A DNA stretch of 64,000 nt from an uncultured Chloroflexia bacterium (GCA_963751345.1 CAVVUS010000032.1:1-64000); one strand, 5' to 3'. Positions 42,170-52,920 are shown, counted from the stretch's first letter. Made by a program: numbers and translations. The notes: generated by a model not told the origin, from the sequence alone.

Positions 42170-42229
42170 CTGAGGCGAAGCCCCCTCGAACGCGTGAACC
42201 GCGGTCAGACGAGCTGATCTTTGGGGTTT

Positions 42230-42314
42230 GTAGTAACGACTTCAGTCGTTCCGCTGCCTCAGAAGGCGCGTCCAGCAGACTGGGCGGCGGCAGAACCGAT
42301 GAATCGGTTACTAC
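42230..42314. repeat. GTAG/CTAC-bounded REP-like doublet
   Basis: GTAGTAACGACTTCAGTCGTT ... AACCGATGAATCGGTTACTAC. A degenerate copy lies at 27980-28038. Confidence 0.7.
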
Positions 42315-42360
42315 GAACCAACTTAACCGACCGCTAGCCCCATTAATGGGGCGCTGCATG

Positions 42361-42606
42361 GTAGCCCGGCGACTTCATCGCCGGGCGGGCTCATCCATAT
42401 GACGCCGTCACCGGGCAACCCCATCGCCGGGCGGGTTCATCCACATGACGCCGTCACCGGGCAACCTCATCGCCGGGCGGGTTCATCCACATGACACCGT
42501 CGCCGGGCAACCTCATCGCCCGGCGGGTCCACCCACATAACGCCGTCACCGGGCAACCCCATCGCCGGGCTGACCCCGCCGTCACTGGGCAACCCCATCG
42601 CCGGGT
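42361..42606. repeat. Tandem array of ~46-bp units
   Basis: ATGACGCCGTCACCGGGCAACCCCATCGCCGGGCGGGTTCATCCAC at 42399, 42445, 42491 and 42537 plus a shorter unit. Preceded by GTAGCCCGGCGACTTCATCGCCGGGC. Confidence 0.85.
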
Positions 42607-44143
42607 TGCTTCACCTCGAACGGCTCCGTCACTTGGCGCCTGCATCACCCGACGCCCCGCCGCTGACCGCTGAAAGCTGTACGCGCTCAGCGCCACAAAC
42701 ACGCCGACCACCAGGTTCACGTTGTTCACCAGCAGGTTGTCCACCAGGCTGTGCACGGCCAAATGCGTCCACGCCCCCAGCAGCCCGATCGCCAGCGCAC
42801 GGGACCAACCGTGCGCGCGTCGAAGCGCGACCACCAGGCCGACCACCAGCGTCCCCCACCAGGCGAGATACGCCGTTAGGCCCACCAGCCCCGTCTCCGC
42901 GAGGAAGTTCAGATAGACGTTGTGCGCGTGGCCCAGCGCGATCGGCCAGTTGATCAACCGGTAAGCCGGATAAGCGGGCTCGTAGCAGCCCAACCCCACC
43001 CCCAGCCAGAAGTGCGACCGCCACATCGCCAGCGCCGCCTGCCAGTGCGCCATCCGCTCGACGACCGCGAAATTGGCGTCCGTGATCCCGACGCCGCGCA
43101 CGTCCTGGAACTGAGTGTACGAGAGGAATCCGGTCAGCCGGTTCACAATGGAGGCCGGGAGGCGCCCGGTGGCGTAGAGCCCCCCCACCAGCGCCACGGC
43201 GCCCACGACGAGGATCGCGCCCCAGGCGCTATGCCGCGGCAGGAAGACGGTCATGACCAACATTGCGGCACCGAACCCCATCCACCCGCCGCGCGACCAG
43301 GAGGCCACCAGCGCCGCCACGGCGAGCGCCGCGGGCAGCGCGATCCAACCCGATCCCCGTATCGCGCGCCATCCGCGCTGCCATCCGGTCCCCTCAGCCC
43401 CGCGCCAGGCGTCGACGGCTCTCGCTGCGGTGACCCCCACCAGCAGCGCCCCCGCCATCCCCATGAAGCCGGCGTAAGGATTGGGCTGCTCGAAGGTCCC
43501 ATACGCCCGGAACAGGCGATCGTTGATGGCAAAGTGCTCGGCGACCGTCGTGCTCACGCCGAACTGCCACAGCCCGATCAGCGCCTGCACCACCACCGAT
43601 CCGCTCAGGAAACCCAGCAGCAGCACGACGGCCCGTCGCCCCAGTGCCTGCAGCCGGTCGTAGGCGATGATCGCCACAACGAGGATCTCGGCCCACTTCA
43701 CCCATTCCTGGAAGCCGACCCAGACGTCGACAGGGGACCACAGCGTGAGGAGTCCCACGCCCAGGAAGATCCATAGTGGCGCAGCAAGGGGAACCCACGG
43801 CAGTCTGAGGTCGCGCCGCCAGAGGCCACGCGCGAGCCAGGCTGCCACCGTCAGCGCGAAGACGGCCTGGCCTGCCTGGGAGGCAGGTCCCGGCGCCGTA
43901 CTCGCCAGGTACGCTCGGGAGGGGCCCACGATGAGCGCAATGCCGACCCCGGCCAGCGGCTCGACAAAGGTCACGCACGGCGACCCCCAGCCCGCCCACC
44001 GCGACGACCAGCAGCGTCAGCGGCGCCCGCGCGATGAGCAGCCCCAGCGCCAGCCCCACCAGCGCCAGGCCGCCGGGCAGCACCCAGGCGCCGGGGGCCC
44101 TACGAATAGTCGACCCAGTCCACCAGGGCAAGGTCGGCGTCAT
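42454..44143 (-). CDS. O-antigen ligase/Wzy_C family membrane protein; frameshift near 43980, true stop uncertain
   Basis: RAYGTFEQPNPYAG, SWSRGGW, ERMAHW, GVGLG, HAHNVYL..AETGLVG. Confidence 0.88.
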
Positions 44144-44568
44144 AGACAAACTTGGCCGTGAACATACCGCCCGCGGCGTCCAAGACGCGCGGCGCGAAGA
44201 TCCGGTCGGCCTGCGGGATCTCCAATCGGTGGAAGTAGTCGTCCAGCGGCACCCACGCCAGCATTCCCTCACGCAGATCGGGACGCAAGCTACCCTCGAA
44301 GTCGTGAGTCACGTAGACAAAGAGCATCCACTGCCAGTCAGGCAGCGGAGACACCTCGGTGCAGAACCCACGCCAGACCAGGTCGTGCACCTCCAACCCC
44401 GTCTCCTCGGCCATCTCCCGTCGTGCCGCATCGTGCGGCGACTCGTCGAGCTCGATCTTACCGCCGGGCGCGATCCACAGCCCGAGGTTGGGCTCCTTGT
44501 TCCGGTGCATCAGCAGGACCTGCGAGCCTCTGCAGGGCGTAGACCAGCACGGTGGGGATGCGGGGCAT
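44100..44568 (-). CDS. NUDIX hydrolase (MutT/8-oxo-dGTPase-like); frameshift near 44530
   Basis: GGKIELDESPHDAARREMAEETGL Nudix box. Confidence 0.9.
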
Positions 44569-45518
44569 CAGTCGAGCCCCAGCCGCCTGCGGAAGTAGTC
44601 GGTCGTCCGCCCCAGGCCGTCGCGAAGCGCGACCTGCGGCTCCCACCCCAGCGCCTCCCGCGCGATCGTGATGTCGGGGCAGCGCTGCTTCGGGTCGTCC
44701 CGCGTGCGTTCGTCCTCCGGCACGATGAAGGTAAGCGTCGAGGCGCTCCCCGCGACGTCGATCACCAGCTTCGCAAAGTCCACGATCGTGATCTCCGTGG
44801 GGTTGCCGATGTTCACCGGCCCGTCGACCTCAGCCTCCATCAGCCGCACGATCCCGTCGACCAGGTCGGATACGTAGCAGAATGCCCGCGTCCGACGTCC
44901 GTGATCGTAGACCGTCAGCGGCTCGCCTCGCAGCGCCTGCCCGATGAAGTTGGGGACCACGCGGCCATCGTCGGCCCGCATACGAGGGCCGTAGGTGTTG
45001 AAGATGCGCACGATCCGCGAGTCCACGCCGTGGTACCGGTGGTAGGCCATCGTCAGCGCCTCCGCAAAGCGCTTGCTCTCATCGTAGACGCCCCGCGGGC
45101 CTACGGGGTTCACGTTGCCCCAGTAGCTCTCGTCCTGCGGGTGCACCAGCGGGTCGCCGTAGACTTCCGAGGTGGACGCCAGCAGAAATCGGGCGCCCTT
45201 GGCCAGCGCCAACCCCAGCGTGTTGTGCGTCCCCAGCGCGCCAACCTTCAGCGTCTGGATCGGGAAGTTGAGATAGTCGACCGGGCTGGGCAGCGACGCC
45301 AGGTGTAGCACCATATCCAGCTCACCCGCCACGTAGATGTAGTGCGTCACGTCGTGGTTGATGAATAGGAACCGCGGGTGTCCGGCGAGATGCGCGATGT
45401 TGTCGGTGCTCCCGGTCTTCAGGTTATCCATCGCGATGACGGTGTGCCCGTCCGCCAGGTACCGGTCGCACAGATGCGAGCCGATGAACCCCGCCCCGCC
45501 GGTGATCAGAATGCGCAT
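44568..45518 (-). CDS. UDP-glucuronic acid decarboxylase (UDP-xylose synthase) family SDR
   Basis: [50 protein letters not shown]. Confidence 0.93.
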   Translation of the reverse strand: MRILITGGAGFIGSHLCDRYLADGHTVIAMDNLKTGSTDNIAHLAGHPRFLFINHDVTHYIYVAGELDMVLHLASLPSPVDYLNFPIQTLKVGALGTHNTLGLALAKGARFLLASTSEVYGDPLVHPQDESYWGNVNPVGPRGVYDESKRFAEALTMAYHRYHGVDSRIVRIFNTYGPRMRADDGRVVPNFIGQALRGEPLTVYDHGRRTRAFCYVSDLVDGIVRLMEAEVDGPVNIGNPTEITIVDFAKLVIDVAGSASTLTFIVPEDERTRDDPKQRCPDITIAREALGWEPQVALRDGLGRTTDYFRRRLGLD

Positions 45519-45664
45519 AGGGTTGATCCCTCCTTGTAACTGCGGATGGGGCGATTATACTCCATCCGTTAGGTTGGACGAACCTTCTGAATTCGCCAAT
45601 TCGGAAGATTGGTCCAATCTGGCACGGAGGAACCTTCGAAGGTTGAGAACCGTATGGAGACACC

Positions 45665-46195
45665 ATGGGAAAATCGCTACTATTGACGGGCTATCCCGGC
45701 ATCGGGAAGACCACGATCATCCGGAAGGTCATCGAGGCCCTCGGGGACCGCGCGGGTGGTTTCTACACCGAGGAGATCAAGGGGCCCGGCGGGCGCCACG
45801 GTTTCAAGCTGATCACGTTGGCCGGCAGGGAGGCCGTTATGTCCCACAAGGACCTCGACGATCCCAAGATACCGAAGGTTGGGCGTTACGGTGTCGATGT
45901 CGGTGTCATCGATCGCATCGGCGTCAAGGCACTCCAACGTGCGATGGAGCAGGACAAGATCCTCATCGTCGACGAGATCGGCATGATGGAGCTCTTCTCA
46001 CAGGCGTTCCAGGAGACGCTGATGCAGGCCTTCATGGGCCCCCACCACGTCATCGGCACGATCATGAGCAAGTCCTATCCCGAGGCTGACGCCTTCAAGC
46101 ACCTCGCCCAAGTGGAGATCCGCGAGATCGACCGCCGCAACCGCGACGGCATGCCCGACCGCATCCTCAAGTGGGTCGCGGCGAACATCGGCTAG
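45665..46195 (+). CDS. NTPase (THEP1/NTPase_1 family)
   Basis: [31 protein letters not shown]. Confidence 0.92.
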   Translation: MGKSLLLTGYPGIGKTTIIRKVIEALGDRAGGFYTEEIKGPGGRHGFKLITLAGREAVMSHKDLDDPKIPKVGRYGVDVGVIDRIGVKALQRAMEQDKILIVDEIGMMELFSQAFQETLMQAFMGPHHVIGTIMSKSYPEADAFKHLAQVEIREIDRRNRDGMPDRILKWVAANIG

Positions 46196-46390
46196 TCCCG
46201 GGCCCCTCTGCCCGTGCAGTGCCTGGCACTTCCGCGCCGTCCGCGGCGCGAGTGCCTGGCACTTGGTCCCCAGATCCCCATCGCCCCATCCGTGTGATCC
46301 GTGACTATCCACTGTCTCCCACCGCCACGTGCAACCGCTGGGTGGTCGGCAGCGTATATACTGTCAGCGTATATCCGAAATCCGACCGAT

Positions 46391-46419
46391 TTCACAGTCA
46401 CGCGAATCTATGCTACAAT
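46391..46419 (+). promoter_or_regulatory. Sigma70-type promoter of the SPFH operon
   Basis: TTCACA-17 nt-TACAAT with a TG extension. Confidence 0.6.
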
Positions 46420-46464
46420 CATAGGTGAATCAGGTCCAGCTAGGTACACCGCAGGAGGGATAGG

Positions 46465-46986
46465 ATGAGTCTGCTCGATAACGTCAAGGGCGAGATGTCC
46501 GGCTTTGAACAGCTGGTTGCCAAGATCCCCGGCTACAAGGGCTACAAGGAGAAGGAACAGCGGCGCGATGCGGACAAGATGCTGCGCGACCATATCGCGG
46601 CCCAGATGCGTACCGCCAAGCGGCAGCTCGATGCACTCCAGACGGATCTGATCTCCGCCGGAAAGCTCGACCTGCTGGATGAGACAGGCAGCGCGGCGAC
46701 CCAGATCCAGACCTTCATCGACCGGGTCAGGACCGCCCCCTACGGCTACGGCGGTCTCTTTGATGCCAGCCGCATCAAGGAGGACGACCTCGATCGAGTC
46801 TACGAGTTCGATGCAGCGTTGGTGAGCTACGCCGACCGCATTGAAGGAGCGATCTCCCGCGCACAAGAGGGCCTCGAAGGCGAGGACGTGCGCTCCCTGG
46901 TCTTGATGATCCGTGATCTCGGGCGAGAGGCGAACGCGACGTTTGATGAGCGCGCCGACGTCCTACGTGGTACGACGTCCCAGTAA
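46465..46986 (+). CDS. Conserved all-helical hypothetical protein
   Basis: KIPGYKGYKEKEQRRDADK, GYGGLFD..I.EDDL.RVYEFD. AGGAGG RBS. Confidence 0.8.
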   Translation: MSLLDNVKGEMSGFEQLVAKIPGYKGYKEKEQRRDADKMLRDHIAAQMRTAKRQLDALQTDLISAGKLDLLDETGSAATQIQTFIDRVRTAPYGYGGLFDASRIKEDDLDRVYEFDAALVSYADRIEGAISRAQEGLEGEDVRSLVLMIRDLGREANATFDERADVLRGTTSQ

Positions 46987-47002
46987 ATGGAGGTAATGAG
47001 CG

Positions 47003-48124
47003 ATGACACGTGTTTTTGACATCATTGAGTACGTAGACGAGGGCCAGGACGAGATCGTTCACCGCTTTCCCGAGCGTGGGTCCGGCGACTTCCGTATCGG
47101 TAGCCAGTTGATCGTCCGGGAGTCCCAGGCCGCGGTCTTCTTCCGCGATGGCAAGGCCCTCGACACTTTCGGTGCCGGGCGTCACACCATCACCACCGCC
47201 AACGTCCCGCTGCTGGCCGACCTCATCGGCAAGGCCTTCTCGGGCCAGACGCCCTTCAAGGCCGAGGTCGATTTCGTGACCACGCGCGAGCTCACGGACA
47301 TGAAGTGGGGCACGCCGCAGCCGATCACGATCATGGACCCGATCCTGCGGATGGCGCGCGTCACGGGCTACGGCACCTACGCGATCCAGGTCACCGACCC
47401 GCAGCTCTTCGTCGCCAAGATCGTCGGCACCCAGAACCTCTACCGCACGCGGGACATCCAGGGCTTCTTCCGCAGCATCATCCTGACCAAGATGATCGAT
47501 CTCATCGGTGAGATGGGCAAGTCGATCATCCAGATGGCCGGCTTCGTCGAGGAGCTTGCGGCGGGCGTGCGCGCCAAGGCCGCCGAGGAGTTCGCCTCGC
47601 GTGGCGTGACGCTCAACTCGCTCTACATTGAGTCGCTCTCGCCCACCGAGGAGACCGCCAAGGCGATCGACACCGCGGCATCGATGGGGGCCATCGGCGA
47701 TATGGGCGCCTACATGCAGTACCAGGGGGCCCAGGCTATGGTCGAGGCCGCCAAGAATCCCGGCAGTGCAGCCAGCACGGGCGTAGGCTTGGGCGCCGGC
47801 GTGGGTTTGGGCGCGGCCATGGGCCAGATGTTCGGCCAGGCGGCGCAGCAGGGGCAGCAACAGCAGCAGGGCGGCGGTCAGGCCCAGAGCCAGTCCGGCG
47901 GCCCGCCTCCGCTCCCCCAGGCCCCGTCCTTCTACGTGGCCGCTGACGGCCAGCAGACCGGGCCGTTCGATGCAGCAGCGCTGCAGCAGAAGATTCAGTC
48001 CGGCGAGATCACCCGCGACACCCTCGTGTGGAAGGCAGGCATGGCGGCCTGGACCAAGGCCGGCGATGTCGCTGACCTCAGCAGCCTCTTCACGGCCACC
48101 CCGCCTCCGCTCCCGCCGATGTAG
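47003..48124 (+). CDS. SPFH (YdjI-like) protein with C-terminal GYF_2 domain
   Basis: GSQLIVRESQAAVFFRDGKALD, KWGTPQP, GLGAGVG, QTGPF..TLVWKAGMAAW, terminal PPPLPP. Confidence 0.88.
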   Translation: MTRVFDIIEYVDEGQDEIVHRFPERGSGDFRIGSQLIVRESQAAVFFRDGKALDTFGAGRHTITTANVPLLADLIGKAFSGQTPFKAEVDFVTTRELTDMKWGTPQPITIMDPILRMARVTGYGTYAIQVTDPQLFVAKIVGTQNLYRTRDIQGFFRSIILTKMIDLIGEMGKSIIQMAGFVEELAAGVRAKAAEEFASRGVTLNSLYIESLSPTEETAKAIDTAASMGAIGDMGAYMQYQGAQAMVEAAKNPGSAASTGVGLGAGVGLGAAMGQMFGQAAQQGQQQQQGGGQAQSQSGGPPPLPQAPSFYVAADGQQTGPFDAAALQQKIQSGEITRDTLVWKAGMAAWTKAGDVADLSSLFTATPPPLPPM

Positions 48125-48162
48125 GCAGTGAGCTAACAGCGGTCAGCGATCAGCAGGAATAA

Positions 48163-48220
48163 GAAACACGGAGTAGGGAGTAAGCCCGCCAAGGGCTTCT
48201 CTCTACTCCGTGTTTGTTTG
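48163..48220 (+). terminator. Rho-independent terminator
   Basis: AAACACGGAGTAG ... CTACTCCGTGTTT stem followed by GTTTG. Confidence 0.7.
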
Positions 48221-48237
48221 TCTGATCAAGAAGCTGC

Positions 48238-48361
48238 GTAGAGACGGCCGGTGGCACGTCTTCTGGCGGCGACATTGTCGGACCCGGCTGCTCTTCGTCG
48301 TGAGTACCCTAGCGTCGGCGATGCCGCTGCTACTCCGTAGACGTGCCGGCGGCCCGTCTCT
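48238..48361. repeat. Degenerate GTAG-type REP doublet
   Basis: GTAGAGACGGCCGGTGGCACGTCT ... AGACGTGCCGGCGGCCCGTCTCT. Confidence 0.6.
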
Positions 48362-48419
48362 CCACAGCGCTGCGGAGCAATCAGCTAGACAGCTACCCTA
48401 TCCCTGATCCTCTTCTCCC

Positions 48420-49436
48420 TTACGGCAGAAACCGCTCCGCATAATGACACGCCACAGTGTGCCCCGGTCGCAGTTCCCGCAGCAGGGGGATGTCGACCGA
48501 GCAGTTCGGCTGCGCGATCGGGCACCGCGGATGAAAGCGGCACCCGCTCGGCGGATTGATCGGATTCGGGATCTCCCCCTCGGGCATGGCCTCTGTCCGC
48601 CGCTCGTGCGGATTCGGCACCGGCACCGCCGCCAGCAGCGCCTGGCTGTACGGGTGGAGCGGATACGTGTACAGCTCGCGCAGCTCCGCGATCTCCGCCA
48701 TGAACCCCAGATACATGATTCCCACCCGATCACAGATGTACTTGGCCGTCGCCAGGTCGTGCGTGATGAAGAGATAGGTGAGATTCAGATCGCGCTTCAG
48801 CTCGTTCATCAGGTCGAGCAGCAGCGCCCGCACGCTCACGTCCGCCATCGCGATCGGCTCATCGGCCAGCACCAGGTCGGGCCGCGTCACCAACGCCCGT
48901 GCGATAACTGCGCGCTGCCGCTGGCCACCGCTGGTCTGGTGGGGAAACTTGTTGTAGAAGTAGTTGGCGGGGGCGAGGCCGACCTTCTCCAGCATCTCCG
49001 TCACCGTATCCCGCCGCTCGTCACTGCTCATGTCCGGGAAGTGGATCTCCAGCCCGTAGCCGATCGACCGCCCCAGCGACATCCGCGGGTTGAGCGAGGC
49101 CATCGGGTCCTGGAAGATCACCTGCATGCGGCTGCGCAGCCGGCGCAGATCCCGCGCGCCTAGCTTGGTCAGGTTGATGCCGTCGAAGATGACATCCCCT
49201 TCAGTCGCCTTCGTGAGCCCCAGGGCCACCCGTCCCGTCGTCGTCTTCCCGCTGCCGCTCTCGCCGGCAAGGCCGAAGACCTCCCCGCGGCGGACGTTGA
49301 AACTCACCCCATCCACGGCACGCACAAAGCGCTGGCTGCCGCCCGTGAGCTGTCCCAGCAGCCCCTGCTGAACCGGAAACCACTTCTTGACGTCGCGGAT
49401 CTCCAGGAGATTGTCCGTCGTTGGTGATTCGCTCAT
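48420..49436 (-). CDS. oppF: Oligopeptide ABC transporter ATPase (OppF/DppF)
   Basis: GESGSGKTT, SGGQRQR, ADEP, HPYS, PSGCRFHPRC, VACH. Confidence 0.92.
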   Translation of the reverse strand: MSESPTTDNLLEIRDVKKWFPVQQGLLGQLTGGSQRFVRAVDGVSFNVRRGEVFGLAGESGSGKTTTGRVALGLTKATEGDVIFDGINLTKLGARDLRRLRSRMQVIFQDPMASLNPRMSLGRSIGYGLEIHFPDMSSDERRDTVTEMLEKVGLAPANYFYNKFPHQTSGGQRQRAVIARALVTRPDLVLADEPIAMADVSVRALLLDLMNELKRDLNLTYLFITHDLATAKYICDRVGIMYLGFMAEIAELRELYTYPLHPYSQALLAAVPVPNPHERRTEAMPEGEIPNPINPPSGCRFHPRCPIAQPNCSVDIPLLRELRPGHTVACHYAERFLP

Positions 49437-50454
49437 CGTCTCTCCTCCCACCCCTCCGGGGGCTCTTGATGGAGCCAGCAGTGCACCAGGTGCCCGGTCT
49501 CACCCTCGGCCGGCAGCAGCGTTGGCTCGATCTCACTGCATATCGGCATCACCTTCGGGCACCGCGGATGGAAACGGCAGCCCGTGGGCGGGTGCGTCAG
49601 GTTGGGCGGCTCGCCGCCCATCTTGTAGAGTTCCTCGCGCTCGTCGAGCTTGATGTTGGGCACGGACCTCAGAAGCCCGTCGGTATACGGGTGCAGCGGG
49701 TTGTCGAACACCGTCGACCACGTCCCCGATCTCGGCCATCTGGCCCGGCGTACATCACGGCGATCCGGTCCGCGATCTGGGCCACCAGCGCGATGTTGTG
49801 CGTGATCAGCAGGATCGTCAGGTTGAACTCATCGCGCAGCCGCTTGAACTCGTCGAGCAGCTTCGCCTCGACGATCACGTCTAGCGACGTGGTCGCCTCG
49901 TCGGCGACGATCAGATCGGCGTTGAGCACCAGGCCCAGGCCCACCATCACCCGCTGGCGCATCCCGCCCGAAAGTTGGTGCGGGTAGTCTCTGAGGCGGT
50001 TCTGCCGGATGCCCAGCACCTCGATCAGGGTCCGCACGCGCTCCAGCGCGGCCTGCACCGGCGTCTTCTCGTGCACCTCGATCGCCTCGACCATATGCTC
50101 GTCGACGCGCTGCACCGGGTTGAGCGACGTCAGCGGATCCTGGAAGATCATGCTCACCCTCCGCCCACGGAAATCGCGCATCTGATCCTCGTCGTAGGCC
50201 ATAATGTCCTCGCCGTCGAAGACAATCTGCCCGCCGCTGATCTCGCCGGGCGGCGCGATCATCCGCATCAACGCCTTGCCCATCGTGCTCTTGCCACAAC
50301 CGCTCTCGCCGACCAGGCCCAGGATCTCGCCTTTGAAGATGTCGAACGAGACCTCCTCGACGGCGCTCAGCGACCCCAGTCGCGTGTGATACGTGACCGA
50401 AAGATCGCGAACCTGGACGAGAACATCCTTCTCTTCCGTTGAGTCTGTCGCCAT
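49433..50454 (-). CDS. oppD: Oligopeptide ABC transporter ATPase (OppD/DppD); frameshifts near 49745 and 49715
   Basis: GESGCGKS, LSGGMRQR, ADEATTSLD, HPYT, GCRFHPRC. Confidence 0.9.
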
Positions 50455-50455
50455 C

Positions 50456-51739
50456 TCAGACCTCCGATAGGCGCGGATTGAGAATCTCTGAGAGGCTCTC
50501 ACCCAGCATACTGAAAGCAAATGTCACCAGCGTCACCATGGCGCCGGGGAACGTGATCAGCCACCACGCGCGACGCAGATAGTCCTGACCACGGGCCAGG
50601 TCGATACCCCAGTCGGGCGTGTCCGGCGGAATGCCGAAGCCCAGGAAGCTCAGGCCGGCCTCGGTCAGGATCGCGTCGGCCACGTTGACCGAGAAGATGA
50701 TCACCACCGACGGGATGACGTTCGGCAGGATAAAGTCCTTCATGATCCTGAGCGCCGTGGCACCCAGACTCCGGGCGGCCTCGACGTAGAGCTCCTCCTT
50801 GACCGCCAGCGTCTGTCCCCGCACGATGCGGTAGTACGTCGGCACATAGAGCACCGCGATCGCCACGATGATGTTGCCGATGCCCGCGCCCAGCACCGCC
50901 GCGATGGCGATGGCAAGGATCAGGCCCGGGAAGGAGTAGAGGCTGTCCATCAGCAGCGTGAGCACGCGATCCAGCGGGCCGCCGACGTAGCCGCTGATCA
51001 GACCCAACGGCACGCCCAGCACGAGCGCCGCGATCGCCGAGCTCAGGCCCACGATCAGCGCAATGCGCGTGCCCCAGATGATCCGGCTCAGGACGTCCTG
51101 GCCGATCTGGTTCGTTCCCATCACGAACCCGCGCCCTGTCGACTCGCGCAGCCCTGCCGCGATCTGCAGATCCGGGTAATTCGGGAGCAGAGGCTGGAGG
51201 TTGTCCGGCGTGGCCACGACCGCGTTGATGTCCCCCGCCTCCAACGCGCTCAGCGCCTCGTCCAGCGTGCTGTACCGCTCCGGACGAGGCTGGTACCTTA
51301 CGTTCTGACCCTCTGCGCTCGCCTGTGCATTCAGGTCGTCCAGCGCCTCCCGGAGTGCCTGGGCCGCAGCCGTCCCCAACACGTAGCCGATCCTATCGGT
51401 GCTCGCGGCTACGTCCGCCAGCGACGTCACATCCGCGTCCGTTCGCGTCACCAGCACGTAGTCGGAGGGCGCCTCACCCGGTGCCAACAGCGAGGGGCCT
51501 ACCTCGGCGCGTGGGTCATACGGCGAGAAGAGGCCGGGGAAGACCCCCACCGCGATGATGAAGAGCAGCAGCAGCGCGCTCATCAGCACGAACCACCAGT
51601 CACCACCATACCACTTCCGCGCCAGCAGTAGCCTGCGCACAAACCCAACGCGGTCCAGCTCCAATTGCCATTCAGGTACCTCGACGTCGATGTCGCGCGT
51701 GGCGTCCGTCTGCGCTCGATTGCGTAGTTGCCGTGCCAT
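50456..51739 (-). CDS. oppC: Oligopeptide ABC permease (OppC/DppC) with ~115-aa extracytoplasmic insertion
   Basis: GTNQIGQDVLSRIIWGTR, EAA motif YVEAARSLGA, LSFLGFG, PDWG. Confidence 0.9.
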   Translation of the reverse strand: MARQLRNRAQTDATRDIDVEVPEWQLELDRVGFVRRLLLARKWYGGDWWFVLMSALLLLFIIAVGVFPGLFSPYDPRAEVGPSLLAPGEAPSDYVLVTRTDADVTSLADVAASTDRIGYVLGTAAAQALREALDDLNAQASAEGQNVRYQPRPERYSTLDEALSALEAGDINAVVATPDNLQPLLPNYPDLQIAAGLRESTGRGFVMGTNQIGQDVLSRIIWGTRIALIVGLSSAIAALVLGVPLGLISGYVGGPLDRVLTLLMDSLYSFPGLILAIAIAAVLGAGIGNIIVAIAVLYVPTYYRIVRGQTLAVKEELYVEAARSLGATALRIMKDFILPNVIPSVVIIFSVNVADAILTEAGLSFLGFGIPPDTPDWGIDLARGQDYLRRAWWLITFPGAMVTLVTFAFSMLGESLSEILNPRLSEV

Positions 51740-51747
51740 ATCTCCTC

Positions 51748-52770
51748 CTAATACCGGATGCGCGGATCGACGAACGCGTACAGGATGTCGACCATAACAC
51801 TGATGAGACCCACAAAGAGCGCGAAGACTGCGATCACTGACTGCACCGCGTTATAGTCGCGCAGCTGGATCCGGGTCACCAGGTACCGTCCCATACCGGG
51901 CCACGAGAACGTGGTCTCGGTCAGCACCGCCCCTGCCAGCAGCAGCGCAAACTGCAGCCCGATCAGCGTGAGGATAGGGATGAAGGTGTTGCGCAGCGCG
52001 TGCCGGTAGACCAACCGCCGCTCGGGCAGACCTCGCGCACGGCCTGCGACGATGAAGTCCGTCTGGAGCGCCTCGATCATGTTCACGCGCGTCAAGCGAA
52101 TAAAGGGACCGGTCAAGATGAGGCCCAGCGTGACCGACGGCATGATCAGGTGAATCAGCAGCGACTTCAGTGCGGGCCAGTTCCGTCCGAGGATGGCATC
52201 GATGATGTAGAAGTTCGTGATGGAATGGAAATCTCGCAGGAGCAGCGTGTCCATTCGCCCGGCCAGGGGCAGCAGCGGAATCCGCACAGAGAAGAGGATC
52301 TGGAATAACAGCCCCATGAAGAAGACCGGAATGGCGTAGACGATGATGCTGAAAACGCGGATGCCGTAGTCCACAGGCTTCTTGCGGTGTTTCGCTGCAA
52401 AGGCTCCTCCATAGATGCCCACAATGACGGTGAAGGCCATAGCCGGCACCGTTAGCTCGATGGTGGCAGGCAGCCGTTCGCCCAACTCATCACGGATGGG
52501 CCGCTCCCCCTGGGTCAGCGCGTTCCCGAAGTCCAGGCGCACCATCCGCCAGAGAAAGTCGAAGTACTGCACCACGAGGGGTCGGTTGAGCCCCAGACGC
52601 TCCCGGATCGCTTGCGCTTGCTCCTCGCTGACCTTGGGTCCGAGCTGTGAACGGATAGGGTCTCCCGGCAGGATTCGCATGACGAAGAACACCATGCTTA
52701 CCAGGATAATGATCATGGGGATGGTGAGGAGGATCCGGGTAATGATGAAGTTACGGAATGATACGGACAT
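51748..52770 (-). CDS. oppB: Oligopeptide ABC permease (OppB/DppB)
   Basis: LPGDP, LGLNRPL, RLPATIEL, ARGLP, ETTFSWPGMG, DPRIRY. Confidence 0.93.
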   Translation of the reverse strand: MSVSFRNFIITRILLTIPMIIILVSMVFFVMRILPGDPIRSQLGPKVSEEQAQAIRERLGLNRPLVVQYFDFLWRMVRLDFGNALTQGERPIRDELGERLPATIELTVPAMAFTVIVGIYGGAFAAKHRKKPVDYGIRVFSIIVYAIPVFFMGLLFQILFSVRIPLLPLAGRMDTLLLRDFHSITNFYIIDAILGRNWPALKSLLIHLIMPSVTLGLILTGPFIRLTRVNMIEALQTDFIVAGRARGLPERRLVYRHALRNTFIPILTLIGLQFALLLAGAVLTETTFSWPGMGRYLVTRIQLRDYNAVQSVIAVFALFVGLISVMVDILYAFVDPRIRY

Positions 52771-52920
52771 AGTGAAACTCCAATCCTGAATTGCTTCCTC
52801 TGTCGCTCAACTCTGCGAAGGCTAGCGGGGACCCGAGCGTACGGGTCCCTGGTGCCTCGCTAGCCTTCGCAGGGTTGCTGGTGAAGGTAGACTGGTAGCG
52901 AATCCATTATACTCAAGAAA

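Noticed and set aside
42399-42606. Possible CRISPR array
   Set aside because: The whole 46-bp unit is repeated with no unique spacers.
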